From contig CP075366.1 in assembly GCA_019454145.1 (NCBI GenBank), forward strand, positions 225,564 through 289,563: a DNA stretch of 64,000 bases. Direction: 5' to 3'. The first letter of the stretch is position 1, and each line of letters opens with the position of its first letter. This document shows positions 37,687-47,225 of this stretch, one piece after another. Position numbers and translations under genes: made by a program. The stretch comes from Fimbriimonadaceae bacterium. GTDB taxonomy: Bacteria; Armatimonadota; Fimbriimonadia; Fimbriimonadales; Fimbriimonadaceae. The notes under the pieces were generated by a model. It had not been told where the DNA came from. It saw only the letters and a list, made by a program, of their open reading frames with translations, and searched no databases.

Positions 37687-38121
37687 TCACTTCTTCGTCA
37701 ATTCAGTATCAATCGCATCCGAGAGCTTTTTAAAGCTCGAAACAACCCGCACGGCGTAGCGGTCTTCTTCTACCCGGATGATGTTCACCTCGATCAAAGC
37801 CGACTCGTTATCCATTGTTGCGAGCATTTCTCCTTGAAGACGGTCGTTTTTGGAAAGTAGGGAAGCGGCGGTCAGGGTTTCTTTGATGTAAGCATCCGAC
37901 CACTTATTGTGCTTATCAAAGGTAGCGATCGCGCGGAGTTTTGCCCCGAGTTGCGCCATCGGCACGATGATCTCGGCGATAAAAGTGTTGGACTTATCCA
38001 ATTCCACCGGAGCAGGTGCGGCTTGTACGTCAGAAGTTGGCTCGGGCTTTGGCGGACTGGAGATCGTGCATCCGCCAAGAACCACCAGAATCAAGACTGC
38101 CATCCAGTAACGTGCCATCAA
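37687..38121 (-). CDS. Hypothetical lipoprotein
   Basis: Signal peptide with LGGC lipobox. Confidence 0.7.
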   Translation of the reverse strand: MMARYWMAVLILVVLGGCTISSPPKPEPTSDVQAAPAPVELDKSNTFIAEIIVPMAQLGAKLRAIATFDKHNKWSDAYIKETLTAASLLSKNDRLQGEMLATMDNESALIEVNIIRVEEDRYAVRVVSSFKKLSDAIDTELTKK

Positions 38122-38321
38122 TGAGGTTGTACCTGGGGAAAAGTTTTGTTACTGGGATTGTTAAATGAAGCGTTTTTGGCATCATTTGAGCAGAGTAGTA
38201 AACCAAGTACAAGAGCAAATTCCAAAGAAGCAATTTTCCGCTCTGACGTACTTCCTAACAGTTGGCGAAATCTGTTCGCCGTGTTGCAAGATGGGCCGCA
38301 CCTCAAAAATGCGGCTCTCTT

Positions 38322-38930
38322 TTATTCTGGTCTTTTGAGTTCAAACCGCTCGTGATTAGCAAGATCAAGATACTGCGGGCCGCCTAACCGGGCGATGAGA
38401 TCGGCGGGCGTGATAAGTGCTCCGTTAAGAAGTTCTGACTGCACATGCATCCTGTGAATCTGACCAATGATGTACCGCGATGCGCCGGGGCCATCTCCAT
38501 GCGGGACTATTTGGTAAAGGGTGCATTCCATTTGCACGGGCGATTCAGCAACCCGCGCGGGCTTGACAAGTTCTGATTCCAGCATCGTGAACCCCGAATA
38601 AGCCCATTCGTTGACGTGATCGGGGAAGTTAGGCGACGTTTCGTTCATGCCTTCCGCCATTGATCGGGTGAGTAGATTGACAACGAACTCTCCGGTAGCT
38701 TCGATATTGGTGCAAGTGTCTTTTTGTTCGCCTTTGCCATCCAAAACCGTGCAGATAGTGAGCGATGGTGGATTGATTCCGCCGATGTTGAAGAAACTAA
38801 ACGGGGCGAGGTTGGGGATGCCCGATTCGCTGAGGGTGCTGACAAACGCAATCGGTCGCGGCACCACTAGGTTAGACATGAGGTCGTAGATACGACCGAA
38901 CGGTTCATCGGCAAAGTTGATGGTCGTCAT
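38322..38930 (-). CDS. Flavin reductase (DIM6/NTAB) family protein
   Basis: VVPRPIAFVST, NLAPFSFFN, KDTCTNIEATGEFVVN, ARLGGPQY. Confidence 0.9.
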   Translation of the reverse strand: MTTINFADEPFGRIYDLMSNLVVPRPIAFVSTLSESGIPNLAPFSFFNIGGINPPSLTICTVLDGKGEQKDTCTNIEATGEFVVNLLTRSMAEGMNETSPNFPDHVNEWAYSGFTMLESELVKPARVAESPVQMECTLYQIVPHGDGPGASRYIIGQIHRMHVQSELLNGALITPADLIARLGGPQYLDLANHERFELKRPE

Positions 38931-39601
38931 CGCATTTGCTTATTCAGGAACTTGATGGTTTTATCCCAAGCATCTTGGCTGGCGGCGGCATCGTGAACTT
39001 CCGGTCGGTCGGAGTTAAAAAACGCGTGGTGGCATCCGGCGTATGTATGGAATTCGTGGGCGACCTCGTTTGCCGTCATAGTGCGGTCAAGTTCGGTAAT
39101 CACATCTGGTGATGAATATTCATCGTGCTCAGCGAAAATTCCGAGAACCGGAGCCTTCATTGCTTCGTAGTCTGGCTGGACGTTAGGGTGGACTCCGTAG
39201 AAGTTCACGCAGGCCGCTATTCGTGGATCGAGACCTGCGGCGAACAACGCGAGTTGTCCACCCATACAAAATCCTACGACGGCGACTTTTTCGGTGTTCG
39301 TATTTGGGTTGGCAATGAGGGCGGTTACAGCAGATTCGATGACTTTGGCGGCATTGGCGATATCGAGTGCCATGAACAGCGATCCGGCTTCATCTGGCTC
39401 GGTGGTGGTGACTCCGTGGTAGAAATCAGGGGCGAGCGCGGTGTATCCCGCCGTCGCGAATTGGTCGGCGACATCTTTGATATGCCCGACTAAGCCCCAC
39501 CATTCTTGGATCACGATCACTCCGGGGGAAGGAGAACTCGCGGGTGCCAAGTACCCGGAAAAAGTCTCGCCGTTGGCGGCAAATGAAATCATTTCGCCCA
39601 T
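38927..39601 (-). CDS. Dienelactone hydrolase family protein
   Basis: IQEWWGL, GFCMGG, HAFFN. Confidence 0.93.
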   Translation of the reverse strand: MGEMISFAANGETFSGYLAPASSPSPGVIVIQEWWGLVGHIKDVADQFATAGYTALAPDFYHGVTTTEPDEAGSLFMALDIANAAKVIESAVTALIANPNTNTEKVAVVGFCMGGQLALFAAGLDPRIAACVNFYGVHPNVQPDYEAMKAPVLGIFAEHDEYSSPDVITELDRTMTANEVAHEFHTYAGCHHAFFNSDRPEVHDAAASQDAWDKTIKFLNKQMR

Positions 39602-39634
39602 GGTTCTAGTTTAGCTTGAGCCGAGGACTATACT

Positions 39635-40213
39635 TTGGGGGTGAGCGAAGGGAATCGGTTTTTTATTGGGCTTGCGATCCCGGAAGCTGTGAAACAGGAA
39701 CTGCGGACTCAGCAGGAATGTTTGCAACGTATCAGCCCAGAAATTTATAAAATGACTGAACTCAATAATCTTCACCTGACACTCTACTTTTGTGGAAATA
39801 CGGATGAAGAGACAATGGTTCGCATTGGCAACGGGCTTGCGGAGATGAATTTGACTCAGCTCGAACTGCAAATTGATGGACTCAAGCGATTGCCGAGCAA
39901 CGATGTGCCAAAGATTCTTTCCGCGGGAGTATGCAGTAGCAGCCGCGAACTAGCGGCAATGCAGCAACGGGTTCATGATTTATGTTTCGCGCTGGCTGAG
40001 AATAAGGAGATGCGTCCGTTTGCGCCGCACATCACGTTTGCTCGGCTGGCGCACGGGGTTCCGCCAAGTGCAAAGCCGGTTAAGCGTGCGATAGCGGGTT
40101 TGCCGGATTTGCCTGCGGTTCGTTGGCGTGTTGACGATATTGGGATTTATTCGAGCGAACTGACCAAACAGGGGCCAAAGTATGAAGTGGTTCGGACAAT
40201 TCCTCTTAGCTAG
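39635..40213 (+). CDS. thpR: RNA 2',3'-cyclic phosphodiesterase (2H phosphoesterase)
   Basis: RFFIG, LHLTL and PHITF HxT motifs, SELTKQGPKY. Confidence 0.9.
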   Translation: MGVSEGNRFFIGLAIPEAVKQELRTQQECLQRISPEIYKMTELNNLHLTLYFCGNTDEETMVRIGNGLAEMNLTQLELQIDGLKRLPSNDVPKILSAGVCSSSRELAAMQQRVHDLCFALAENKEMRPFAPHITFARLAHGVPPSAKPVKRAIAGLPDLPAVRWRVDDIGIYSSELTKQGPKYEVVRTIPLS

Positions 40214-41984
40214 CTTATTGCTGGTAGGGTGTTCGGCGGGGGAATCGCACGATGCTCCGGCCCGTGTGAAAACCGACCGCAACCCGCCAGTAAAGACAAT
40301 TACAGAATTCGATCCTACCGGGACAATTGTGCTTGATATCGAAAGTTTGCAAAGCAGGCATTGTAAATGGGATTCTTCAGGCAATTTTCAAGAAATTCTG
40401 ATCCCCGATCCAGACCTTCGTTTGAACGGTGTACCGTGGCGTGAAGTCATCGCCAATGAGCAAGGAACCGTAGTTTTTGGAAGTAAATTAGTTAGCTTTC
40501 CGCATGCTGGCTTATCTGTTGGGCCAGGAGTAATAAGAATCAATAGTGCTGTCCAACCCAAAGTGACCTTAGAAGGCCGAGCTGTTTCTACAGCCGAACG
40601 GGTCTTTGCTAAAGAAAAAATGAGGTGGGCCACTCTCGGCGAAAAGAATGAAATTAAATTGCAATTTGTTACGGGCATTTTAGACTGCCCAACCGGAGAG
40701 TTAGGTTACTACGAATTTTCAATTGGATCAAACTCTGCGATGGCAAAGCGAGACGAAAAGGTCATCTCTCATTTTTTGGATGTCGTGAATTTCTGCGCAT
40801 ACCGTAATGATCCATTCGGAGGTTCTAACCCTCGGTTTAACGGGCATCGTTTCTGGGATTCTGACGTCTGGTTTTATCCCACTGCAACCTTAGTCAACCC
40901 ATTTTGGTCACGTTACTTGCCTGCATCTCGCATGGCTCAAGCCCCTGCGGCGGCAGAAAATTTCCGACGTTGGAAGGCAAACGGATATCCAGTTGCTAAT
41001 AAGAAAAGACATCCCCCGCTGCCTGAGCTAGTTGCTTTGGCAAAGGGAATCGAACCTTTGATGTATCCGTGGGAAGCTGATATCAATGGGCATGAAGCTA
41101 GCCCGAGCGATACGAAATACGAACATCACATCACCGGAGACGTAGCCCTCATGCTCGATCGGGCAATCAAATTAGGTGGAGTGCATAAAGCCGAAGCTGA
41201 AAAAATCATCCAGGGTTGCGCCTCTTTTTATCTTCATCGTTTGAACCGTAATCCTGATGGAACGTACGGGTTACAGAATGTAGTTTCACCAGATGAGTGG
41301 CACACGGTCGACAACGACCTTTATACAAACGCTATAGCAGATTGGACAATTCGCAGAGCATTTGGTGAAAAAGTCTGGCCTCGCGGTCAGATAAGACTTC
41401 CACGCAGAGGGAACACTTTTGCCACGTTCGACAACGATTCTTACAATGAGTATCAGCAGGCGGCGGCGATCCTCACGCTGTTCCCACTTGAAGTGCCAGA
41501 GGTCGAAGCAGAAGCTGAGAAGATGTACGATTCCTATCGGAACAAGGCTTCGATTGACGGTCCGGCAATGTCTACGGCGATTAGCTCAATTGTCGCGGCA
41601 CGGCTCGGACGGCGTGATGATGCTTACACGGATTGGCTGAATAGCTGGCAACCTTACACGCAGGATCCGACGGCAGAGTTTAGGGAAAAGCCAGTCGGAG
41701 GGCAAAGCTATTTCGTGACCGGTGCGGCAGCCAGTTTGGGTTCTTTCTTTTACGGCTTTTTGGGATATCGGTTACACGATGAAAAACCTGTTGGTTACGA
41801 TTGTGTGGTTCCGCTTGAAACGGGTGCGTATCTTTCAATTTCACCCTGCATCCCAAGCGAATGGGAATCGGTCACATACCGTTCGCTAGTGGGGCATAGA
41901 TGGATCAAAGTGATCGCCCAAAACAATAGTTTTAGGGTGGAAGTGGACGATAAACAGTTTTTTAACTCAAAGAAACCGGAATAA
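40182..41984 (+). CDS. GH65-like glycoside hydrolase/phosphorylase, lipoprotein
   Basis: LVGC lipobox; FWDSDVW, YPWE, HHITGDVA, VVSPDEWH, DNDLYTN, GPAMS. Confidence 0.75.
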   Translation: MKWFGQFLLASLLLVGCSAGESHDAPARVKTDRNPPVKTITEFDPTGTIVLDIESLQSRHCKWDSSGNFQEILIPDPDLRLNGVPWREVIANEQGTVVFGSKLVSFPHAGLSVGPGVIRINSAVQPKVTLEGRAVSTAERVFAKEKMRWATLGEKNEIKLQFVTGILDCPTGELGYYEFSIGSNSAMAKRDEKVISHFLDVVNFCAYRNDPFGGSNPRFNGHRFWDSDVWFYPTATLVNPFWSRYLPASRMAQAPAAAENFRRWKANGYPVANKKRHPPLPELVALAKGIEPLMYPWEADINGHEASPSDTKYEHHITGDVALMLDRAIKLGGVHKAEAEKIIQGCASFYLHRLNRNPDGTYGLQNVVSPDEWHTVDNDLYTNAIADWTIRRAFGEKVWPRGQIRLPRRGNTFATFDNDSYNEYQQAAAILTLFPLEVPEVEAEAEKMYDSYRNKASIDGPAMSTAISSIVAARLGRRDDAYTDWLNSWQPYTQDPTAEFREKPVGGQSYFVTGAAASLGSFFYGFLGYRLHDEKPVGYDCVVPLETGAYLSISPCIPSEWESVTYRSLVGHRWIKVIAQNNSFRVEVDDKQFFNSKKPE

Positions 41985-42049
41985 AGTGACAGAATCGGCC
42001 CGGCCCGGTAATTACACGGGCAAAAAGGGTCAATAATTAAACTGTCTTT

Positions 42050-44620
42050 ATGAGGAGCTTGAAATACGCCCACTCGTTCGAGGTTGTCCGGGAATTGCCC
42101 GAATCTCTGCGTGACCTTCGCACCCTGGCGATGAACCTGCGGTGGACTTGGCACGCCGAAGCACAAGACCTCTTTGTTGAGGCAGATCGTGAGCTTTGGG
42201 AAGAAGTTGAGCATAACCCGATTGAACTCATCAACCAACTCTCCGATGATCGGTTGAATCAGCTAGCTACGGATGAACTTTATGTAGCAAAGCTCCAATT
42301 CCAGATCAAAGATTTGAACGAATATATGGCGGGAGATAACTGGTTCAATCGCCAGTTTCCCAATGAGCGCGAATCAGCGAAGATCGCCTATTTCTGTGCC
42401 GAGTTTGGTATTCACGAATGTTTGCCTATTTACTCTGGCGGTCTTGGGATTCTCGCAGGCGACCACCTGAAGGCCGCAAGCGACTTGGGTATTCCTCTGG
42501 TCGGTGTAGGATTGCTTTATGCACGGGGTTACTTCCGGCAGTTTTTGAACAGTGATGCCTGGCAAACAGAGCGTTACCCACAGTACGATTTTCACAGATT
42601 GCCGTTAGCATTGGTTCGGGATGGGGAAGGCAAACCCGTTCGCGTCAAAGTTGATTTCCCAGATCGGATGGTGACTTGCCAAATCTGGAAAGCGCAAGTT
42701 GGGAGAATTGAGCTTTTCTTACTTGACTCAAACGTATTGGATAACGCGCCGGATGATCAATCCATCACCGATACTCTCTACGGCGGTAACGAAGAAATGC
42801 GGATTCGCCAAGAGAGCATTCTTGGTATTGGCGGTTATCGTGCGTTAGTTCAAATGGGGATCAAACCCAGCGTTTGCCACATGAACGAAGGGCATGCGGC
42901 GTTTCTTTCACTAGAGCGGTTGCGCCAGTTTATGTTGGATCATGGATGCGATTTCAGAACCGCGCGTCAGTGCGTGGTCAGTGGTAACGTTTTCACCACG
43001 CATACCCCGGTTCCGGCGGGATTTGACTTGTTCCCACGCCCTCTCATTGAGAGCTATGTGAGCAAGGCAGTGAGCGATCTTGGCTTGCCTTTTGAGCAGT
43101 TTTTGCGATTCGGGCGCATTAAAAAAGATGACGTGACCGAGCCGTTTAATATGGCGATTCTCGCAATGGAGAACAGTAACTACGTGAATGGCGTGAGCAA
43201 ACTGCACGCCGATGTCACAAGGGTTATGTTCCACGAGCGTTGGCCTAACTTCCCACTTGTAGAAGTCCCCATCGCCGCGATTACTAACGGAATTCATACC
43301 GAAACATTTATGGGCCGCCGGGTGATTGAACTATTTGAGCGTCACTTTGGGAGCAGTTGGCGCGAGGATATGGGCGACCGTTCGATTTGGGGCAGAGTTG
43401 GCGAAATCCCTGACCTTGATCTTTGGGAGATGCGCGATAACCAGCGCGGCGATTTTGTTCGATTCTGCCGGAGACATTTGCGTAAGCGGATGCAAAAAAA
43501 CACGGCGAGTCCGGTTGATCTACAAAGCGTAAATGGAGTGCTTGATCCTCGTATTCTGACAATCGGTTTTGCTCGTCGTTTTGCTACTTATAAACGGGCG
43601 ACACTTCTGTTCAACGACGTTGACCGTTTGAAAGCAATACTTAACCATCCAGAACGCCCGGTTCAGTTCGTATTCGCTGGAAAATCCCATCCACGCGACG
43701 ATGGTGGAAAGAAGCTGATCCAAGACATTGTGAACTTCATCCGTACTGAAGGCCAAGGGCACCGAATGGTGTTTCTCGAGGACTACGACATGAATGTGGC
43801 TCGGCAAATGGTGCAGGGTGTTGATCTCTGGCTGAACAATCCCCGTCGGCCCATGGAAGCCAGCGGAACCAGCGGAATGAAGGTTGTTCCTAACGGCGGC
43901 TTGAACTGCTCCATTCTTGACGGATGGTGGGCAGAAGGTTTCAAACGAGGTGTTGGCTGGGCAATCGGCGATGCCAATCAAGATGAAAACGAAAACCATC
44001 AGGATTGGCTGGATAGCAAAGCCCTATACGACCTGATTGAGCACGAAATCGCGCCAACGTTCTATTACCGAACGGACAACGGCTTGCCAACCCGCTGGAT
44101 AGAAATGATGCGGCAATCAATGGCAGACCTTGCGCCGACATTCAGCACTTTGCGGATGGTTCGTGAGTACACAAGTCGGTTTTATGTGCCAGCTTCGCGA
44201 GCGTTTAACAACCTTAGCTCCGATAAATTGGAACGGGCAAAAAATGCGCTTATCTGGCGCGATAAGATAGCCGGGGCTTGGGATAAGGTTCGGGTCGCTC
44301 ATGTTCACGATGACGCAGGGGCTACTGCGGTGCTTGGTAGTGAGTTTGAAGTCCACGCTGAAGTTGAACTCGGCGATTTGTCGCCTAGTGATGTGCGGAT
44401 TCAGGTGTTGGTTGGACAAGTGACTTCTAACCGCGAACTCATCAATCTTGACCTGTACGATTTAGAGCCAGTTGGCGAGCAGGGAATGGTGCACATATTC
44501 CAGGGCAAAGCTCGTTGTGATTACCCCGGCCACAAGGGCTACATCGTACGCGTGATTCCGCACAACGAAGATGTAAAGGTAGCGACTGAACTTAGTTTGA
44601 TGAGTTGGGAACAGAGCTAA
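42050..44620 (+). CDS. glgP: Alpha-glucan (glycogen/maltodextrin) phosphorylase
   Basis: YSGGLGILAGDHLK, HMNEGHA, TTHTPVPAG, ARRFATYKRA, EASGTSGMK. Confidence 0.96.
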   Translation: MRSLKYAHSFEVVRELPESLRDLRTLAMNLRWTWHAEAQDLFVEADRELWEEVEHNPIELINQLSDDRLNQLATDELYVAKLQFQIKDLNEYMAGDNWFNRQFPNERESAKIAYFCAEFGIHECLPIYSGGLGILAGDHLKAASDLGIPLVGVGLLYARGYFRQFLNSDAWQTERYPQYDFHRLPLALVRDGEGKPVRVKVDFPDRMVTCQIWKAQVGRIELFLLDSNVLDNAPDDQSITDTLYGGNEEMRIRQESILGIGGYRALVQMGIKPSVCHMNEGHAAFLSLERLRQFMLDHGCDFRTARQCVVSGNVFTTHTPVPAGFDLFPRPLIESYVSKAVSDLGLPFEQFLRFGRIKKDDVTEPFNMAILAMENSNYVNGVSKLHADVTRVMFHERWPNFPLVEVPIAAITNGIHTETFMGRRVIELFERHFGSSWREDMGDRSIWGRVGEIPDLDLWEMRDNQRGDFVRFCRRHLRKRMQKNTASPVDLQSVNGVLDPRILTIGFARRFATYKRATLLFNDVDRLKAILNHPERPVQFVFAGKSHPRDDGGKKLIQDIVNFIRTEGQGHRMVFLEDYDMNVARQMVQGVDLWLNNPRRPMEASGTSGMKVVPNGGLNCSILDGWWAEGFKRGVGWAIGDANQDENENHQDWLDSKALYDLIEHEIAPTFYYRTDNGLPTRWIEMMRQSMADLAPTFSTLRMVREYTSRFYVPASRAFNNLSSDKLERAKNALIWRDKIAGAWDKVRVAHVHDDAGATAVLGSEFEVHAEVELGDLSPSDVRIQVLVGQVTSNRELINLDLYDLEPVGEQGMVHIFQGKARCDYPGHKGYIVRVIPHNEDVKVATELSLMSWEQS

Positions 44621-44626
44621 AATAAA

Positions 44627-44663
44627 AACTGCCCTTGATCACATTCTGTGATCAAGGGCAGTT
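44627..44663. terminator. Bidirectional terminator, perfect 17-bp stem
   Basis: AACTGCCCTTGATCACA-TTC-TGTGATCAAGGGCAGTT between convergent genes. Confidence 0.85.
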
Positions 44664-44675
44664 CGGATATTAGCT

Positions 44676-45758
44676 TTAGTCGTTAGCAGCTTCGATTTGC
44701 TTCTTAACCGCTTCGATCATAGACTTCACGCGGCTTCGACCACTTTCGGGCATGAATTTAGCAAGCAGAATGTCGGCCTTTGCAACCCACTCTTCAGCAC
44801 CTTTTTTATCGCCTTTGGCGAGCAGAATACGTGCGTGATCTGCGGCAGCACCGGCAGATTTATCTTCATCTAGCTTTTTGAAGCATGCCTCAGAGACCTT
44901 GGCAAGTGTTTCTTTACTAGCAGCAGAAGTTTCTTTTTTGCCAGCGATGTACGCGGCGATGTTGCAGTAAGTGTCGGGAGTAAATCCTTCAACCTTGCCT
45001 GCGTATTTTTCGAGAACGAGAGTTCCGAAGTTGCCATCACCATTGATTGCGGTGATAAGTGCGGACTGGAGTCCCATTTCTTTGGCAAGGGCATCAAATC
45101 CTTCCAGATCGTTATTCTTCGCTAATTCGGCAACTTTTGCCTGATCTTCAGCGGCCTTTTTAGCCGCAGCTTTGGCTTTAGCCGCATCTTCTTCGAACTT
45201 AACTTTGAATGCTGCAACGTCCCAGGTTTTGTTGACGATTTGCTCCAGCGGCTTGTCCATGGTCGCTGGGTGACCGATCCAAGCAATGATGCCTTCTTCG
45301 TTGACAATGAATGCGCAAGGAATACCGTTGCGACCAGCGGCGGTCATCCAAGTTTTGGCGATTGTGTCATTGGCATCGTCCAGAACGATGTTGTACGCCA
45401 TTTTTTCGCCTTGCTTCTCTACGAACTCAGAAACACGCTTGACATGAGTTTCCTTGTCTTCGTTTTGACCGCGGGGGTAATCCCAGGTGTTCACGCTGAC
45501 GGTAGTGATTTGACCTTCGTACTTGGCGGTGAGGTCGCTCAGGTGAGGGAACACGGCGATGCAGGGGCCGCACCAAGTTGCCCAAAATTCGATAATGTAA
45601 GCCTTGCCCTTCTTAAGTTCGCCGACCTTTTCACCTTTGATGAATCCGTCGACTTTGAACGCAGGAGCAGGGTCACCAATGGTGAGAGGCTTTACGTCTT
45701 GGGCAAAGGCCATTCCGACCATGCTGACAAGAAGTATGGAGAGCGAGAGCTTCTTCAT
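44676..45758 (-). CDS. Exported TlpA-like disulfide reductase with C-terminal helical domain
   Basis: Signal peptide MKKLSLSILL..AFA, EFWATWCGPC, GIPCAFIV. Confidence 0.88.
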   Translation of the reverse strand: MKKLSLSILLVSMVGMAFAQDVKPLTIGDPAPAFKVDGFIKGEKVGELKKGKAYIIEFWATWCGPCIAVFPHLSDLTAKYEGQITTVSVNTWDYPRGQNEDKETHVKRVSEFVEKQGEKMAYNIVLDDANDTIAKTWMTAAGRNGIPCAFIVNEEGIIAWIGHPATMDKPLEQIVNKTWDVAAFKVKFEEDAAKAKAAAKKAAEDQAKVAELAKNNDLEGFDALAKEMGLQSALITAINGDGNFGTLVLEKYAGKVEGFTPDTYCNIAAYIAGKKETSAASKETLAKVSEACFKKLDEDKSAGAAADHARILLAKGDKKGAEEWVAKADILLAKFMPESGRSRVKSMIEAVKKQIEAAND

Positions 45759-45874
45759 ATTCAGATAATACAATTTTTACTTGGTTTATAGTTCCAAATA
45801 GTGTGATCGGTTAAAGAAATAGAATCAAATGCAACTGCATTTGATTCTATTGTTTCAAATTCAAGAATGAGCTT

Positions 45875-46183
45875 TTAGCGAATGAAATGGATTTCTGGGT
45901 CTTCCATATTGTCAAGGAGCATCAGGCTAACAATTGGCATGGGACGATCTTTGGCGATTTCACGTGCTTCGTCGAAGCTGACTTCCTCGGCCATCATGCC
46001 GCCGATGTCAATCCAGCTTGCAAATCCGTTTGCTCCGGCTTCGTCGCTAAAGCAAGCGAGTCCATGAGTGCCATCGAAGCAATAACAGCCGTATTTGTTT
46101 GAGGGCAAGTGCCGAACGATGAACAATCGTTCGGGGAACTCGGTATCTAACCCCAGTACCGGACAATCAAGAACCTGACTCAT
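45875..46183 (-). CDS. Hypothetical 102-aa protein
   Basis: Clean ORF with RBS-like upstream sequence and globular composition. Confidence 0.7.
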   Translation of the reverse strand: MSQVLDCPVLGLDTEFPERLFIVRHLPSNKYGCYCFDGTHGLACFSDEAGANGFASWIDIGGMMAEEVSFDEAREIAKDRPMPIVSLMLLDNMEDPEIHFIR

Positions 46184-46241
46184 AGCTTTCCTACCGTATG
46201 TATCGGTAGATTTATCGGTTCTTAAGAGGGGAGGCTGCGAT

Positions 46242-47189
46242 TTAGCTCTCTAGAAGTTCCGCAATCTCGTTCTTGGCTTGTTCGTGAGCAGTTGAAACTT
46301 GGTTGGCTTCGTGTAAAGCGGATTGGGATTCTTTAAGGAGAACGAGAAAATCATTGAGTGAATTTGCAGCAATTGTTTCCGGTTGACCCACCTCTTTTTC
46401 GGCTTTTTCAACCTGAGTGATGAGGTAGTACCTGTGAACAAGCTGCTGTAATTGTTGATCGAGATTTGCTCGCTTGGATTGCAGATTTCCAATCAGATGC
46501 TCTAACTCTTGGATTTGCTCCTGAGTGTGGATAATCAATTCCTTAATCTTCGATATCTTAGGCTCTAGAATATTTTTCCATTCATCATTTGATCGTTGAG
46601 ATTCGCTTACCAACTGGGCGTGCAGACTTTCTAACTTTTCCCGATCAATCTGCTCAGTTCTCAATTCATTTTCTAATTCATTGATCCTGAAAGCTATCTT
46701 TTTAGTTGCAGGTTCCGCATATTTTTTTGCCGCCTCCACAACTACTGGGAAAGTATCAAGGTTCACTTTCGAAATTGGTGGAGGTTGAACTTTGAGTTTC
46801 AAATCCGCTGCGCTTCTTAAATATGCCATCAATGAGAGAATTCCTACGACCGCGACGGGAGTTTCTCGAGGCAGAACGTAATCCAGAAAATATGTGAACG
46901 CGAAAGCAAACAGGCTGGTTGTAATAACCACAGGTGCGTAAGTTAACCCTACTGAAATTAGAATCCAAGCAAGACAAAATGACATGTAGATAGAGAGATC
47001 AATACCCACGGCTCTACGGTAGTCCGGGTGGTTTCGATATTCGTTCCATTCCGATTCTGTTGCTTGCCTTGGGTAGCCATTCTGAACAAGCCAAATCTTA
47101 TAGAGTTCATGCTGCTGGAACTGATCAATACTTAGTGGAAGGGTTTCCAGTTGATCAGAACTAATTTGATCTGGCCCACCTTCACCCAT
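46242..47189 (-). CDS. Membrane-anchored coiled-coil protein, paralogue B
   Basis: LYKIWL, hydrophobic segment, long heptad region, C-terminal AHEQAKNEIAELLES. Confidence 0.75.
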   Translation of the reverse strand: MGEGGPDQISSDQLETLPLSIDQFQQHELYKIWLVQNGYPRQATESEWNEYRNHPDYRRAVGIDLSIYMSFCLAWILISVGLTYAPVVITTSLFAFAFTYFLDYVLPRETPVAVVGILSLMAYLRSAADLKLKVQPPPISKVNLDTFPVVVEAAKKYAEPATKKIAFRINELENELRTEQIDREKLESLHAQLVSESQRSNDEWKNILEPKISKIKELIIHTQEQIQELEHLIGNLQSKRANLDQQLQQLVHRYYLITQVEKAEKEVGQPETIAANSLNDFLVLLKESQSALHEANQVSTAHEQAKNEIAELLES

Positions 47190-47225
47190 TTCGTAATGAT
47201 ACTCGTCAAAGAAAAATTTGAACGA

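Noticed and set aside
37004-37759. ORFs 37004-37291 and 37412-37759
   Set aside because: Translations of the REP mosaic
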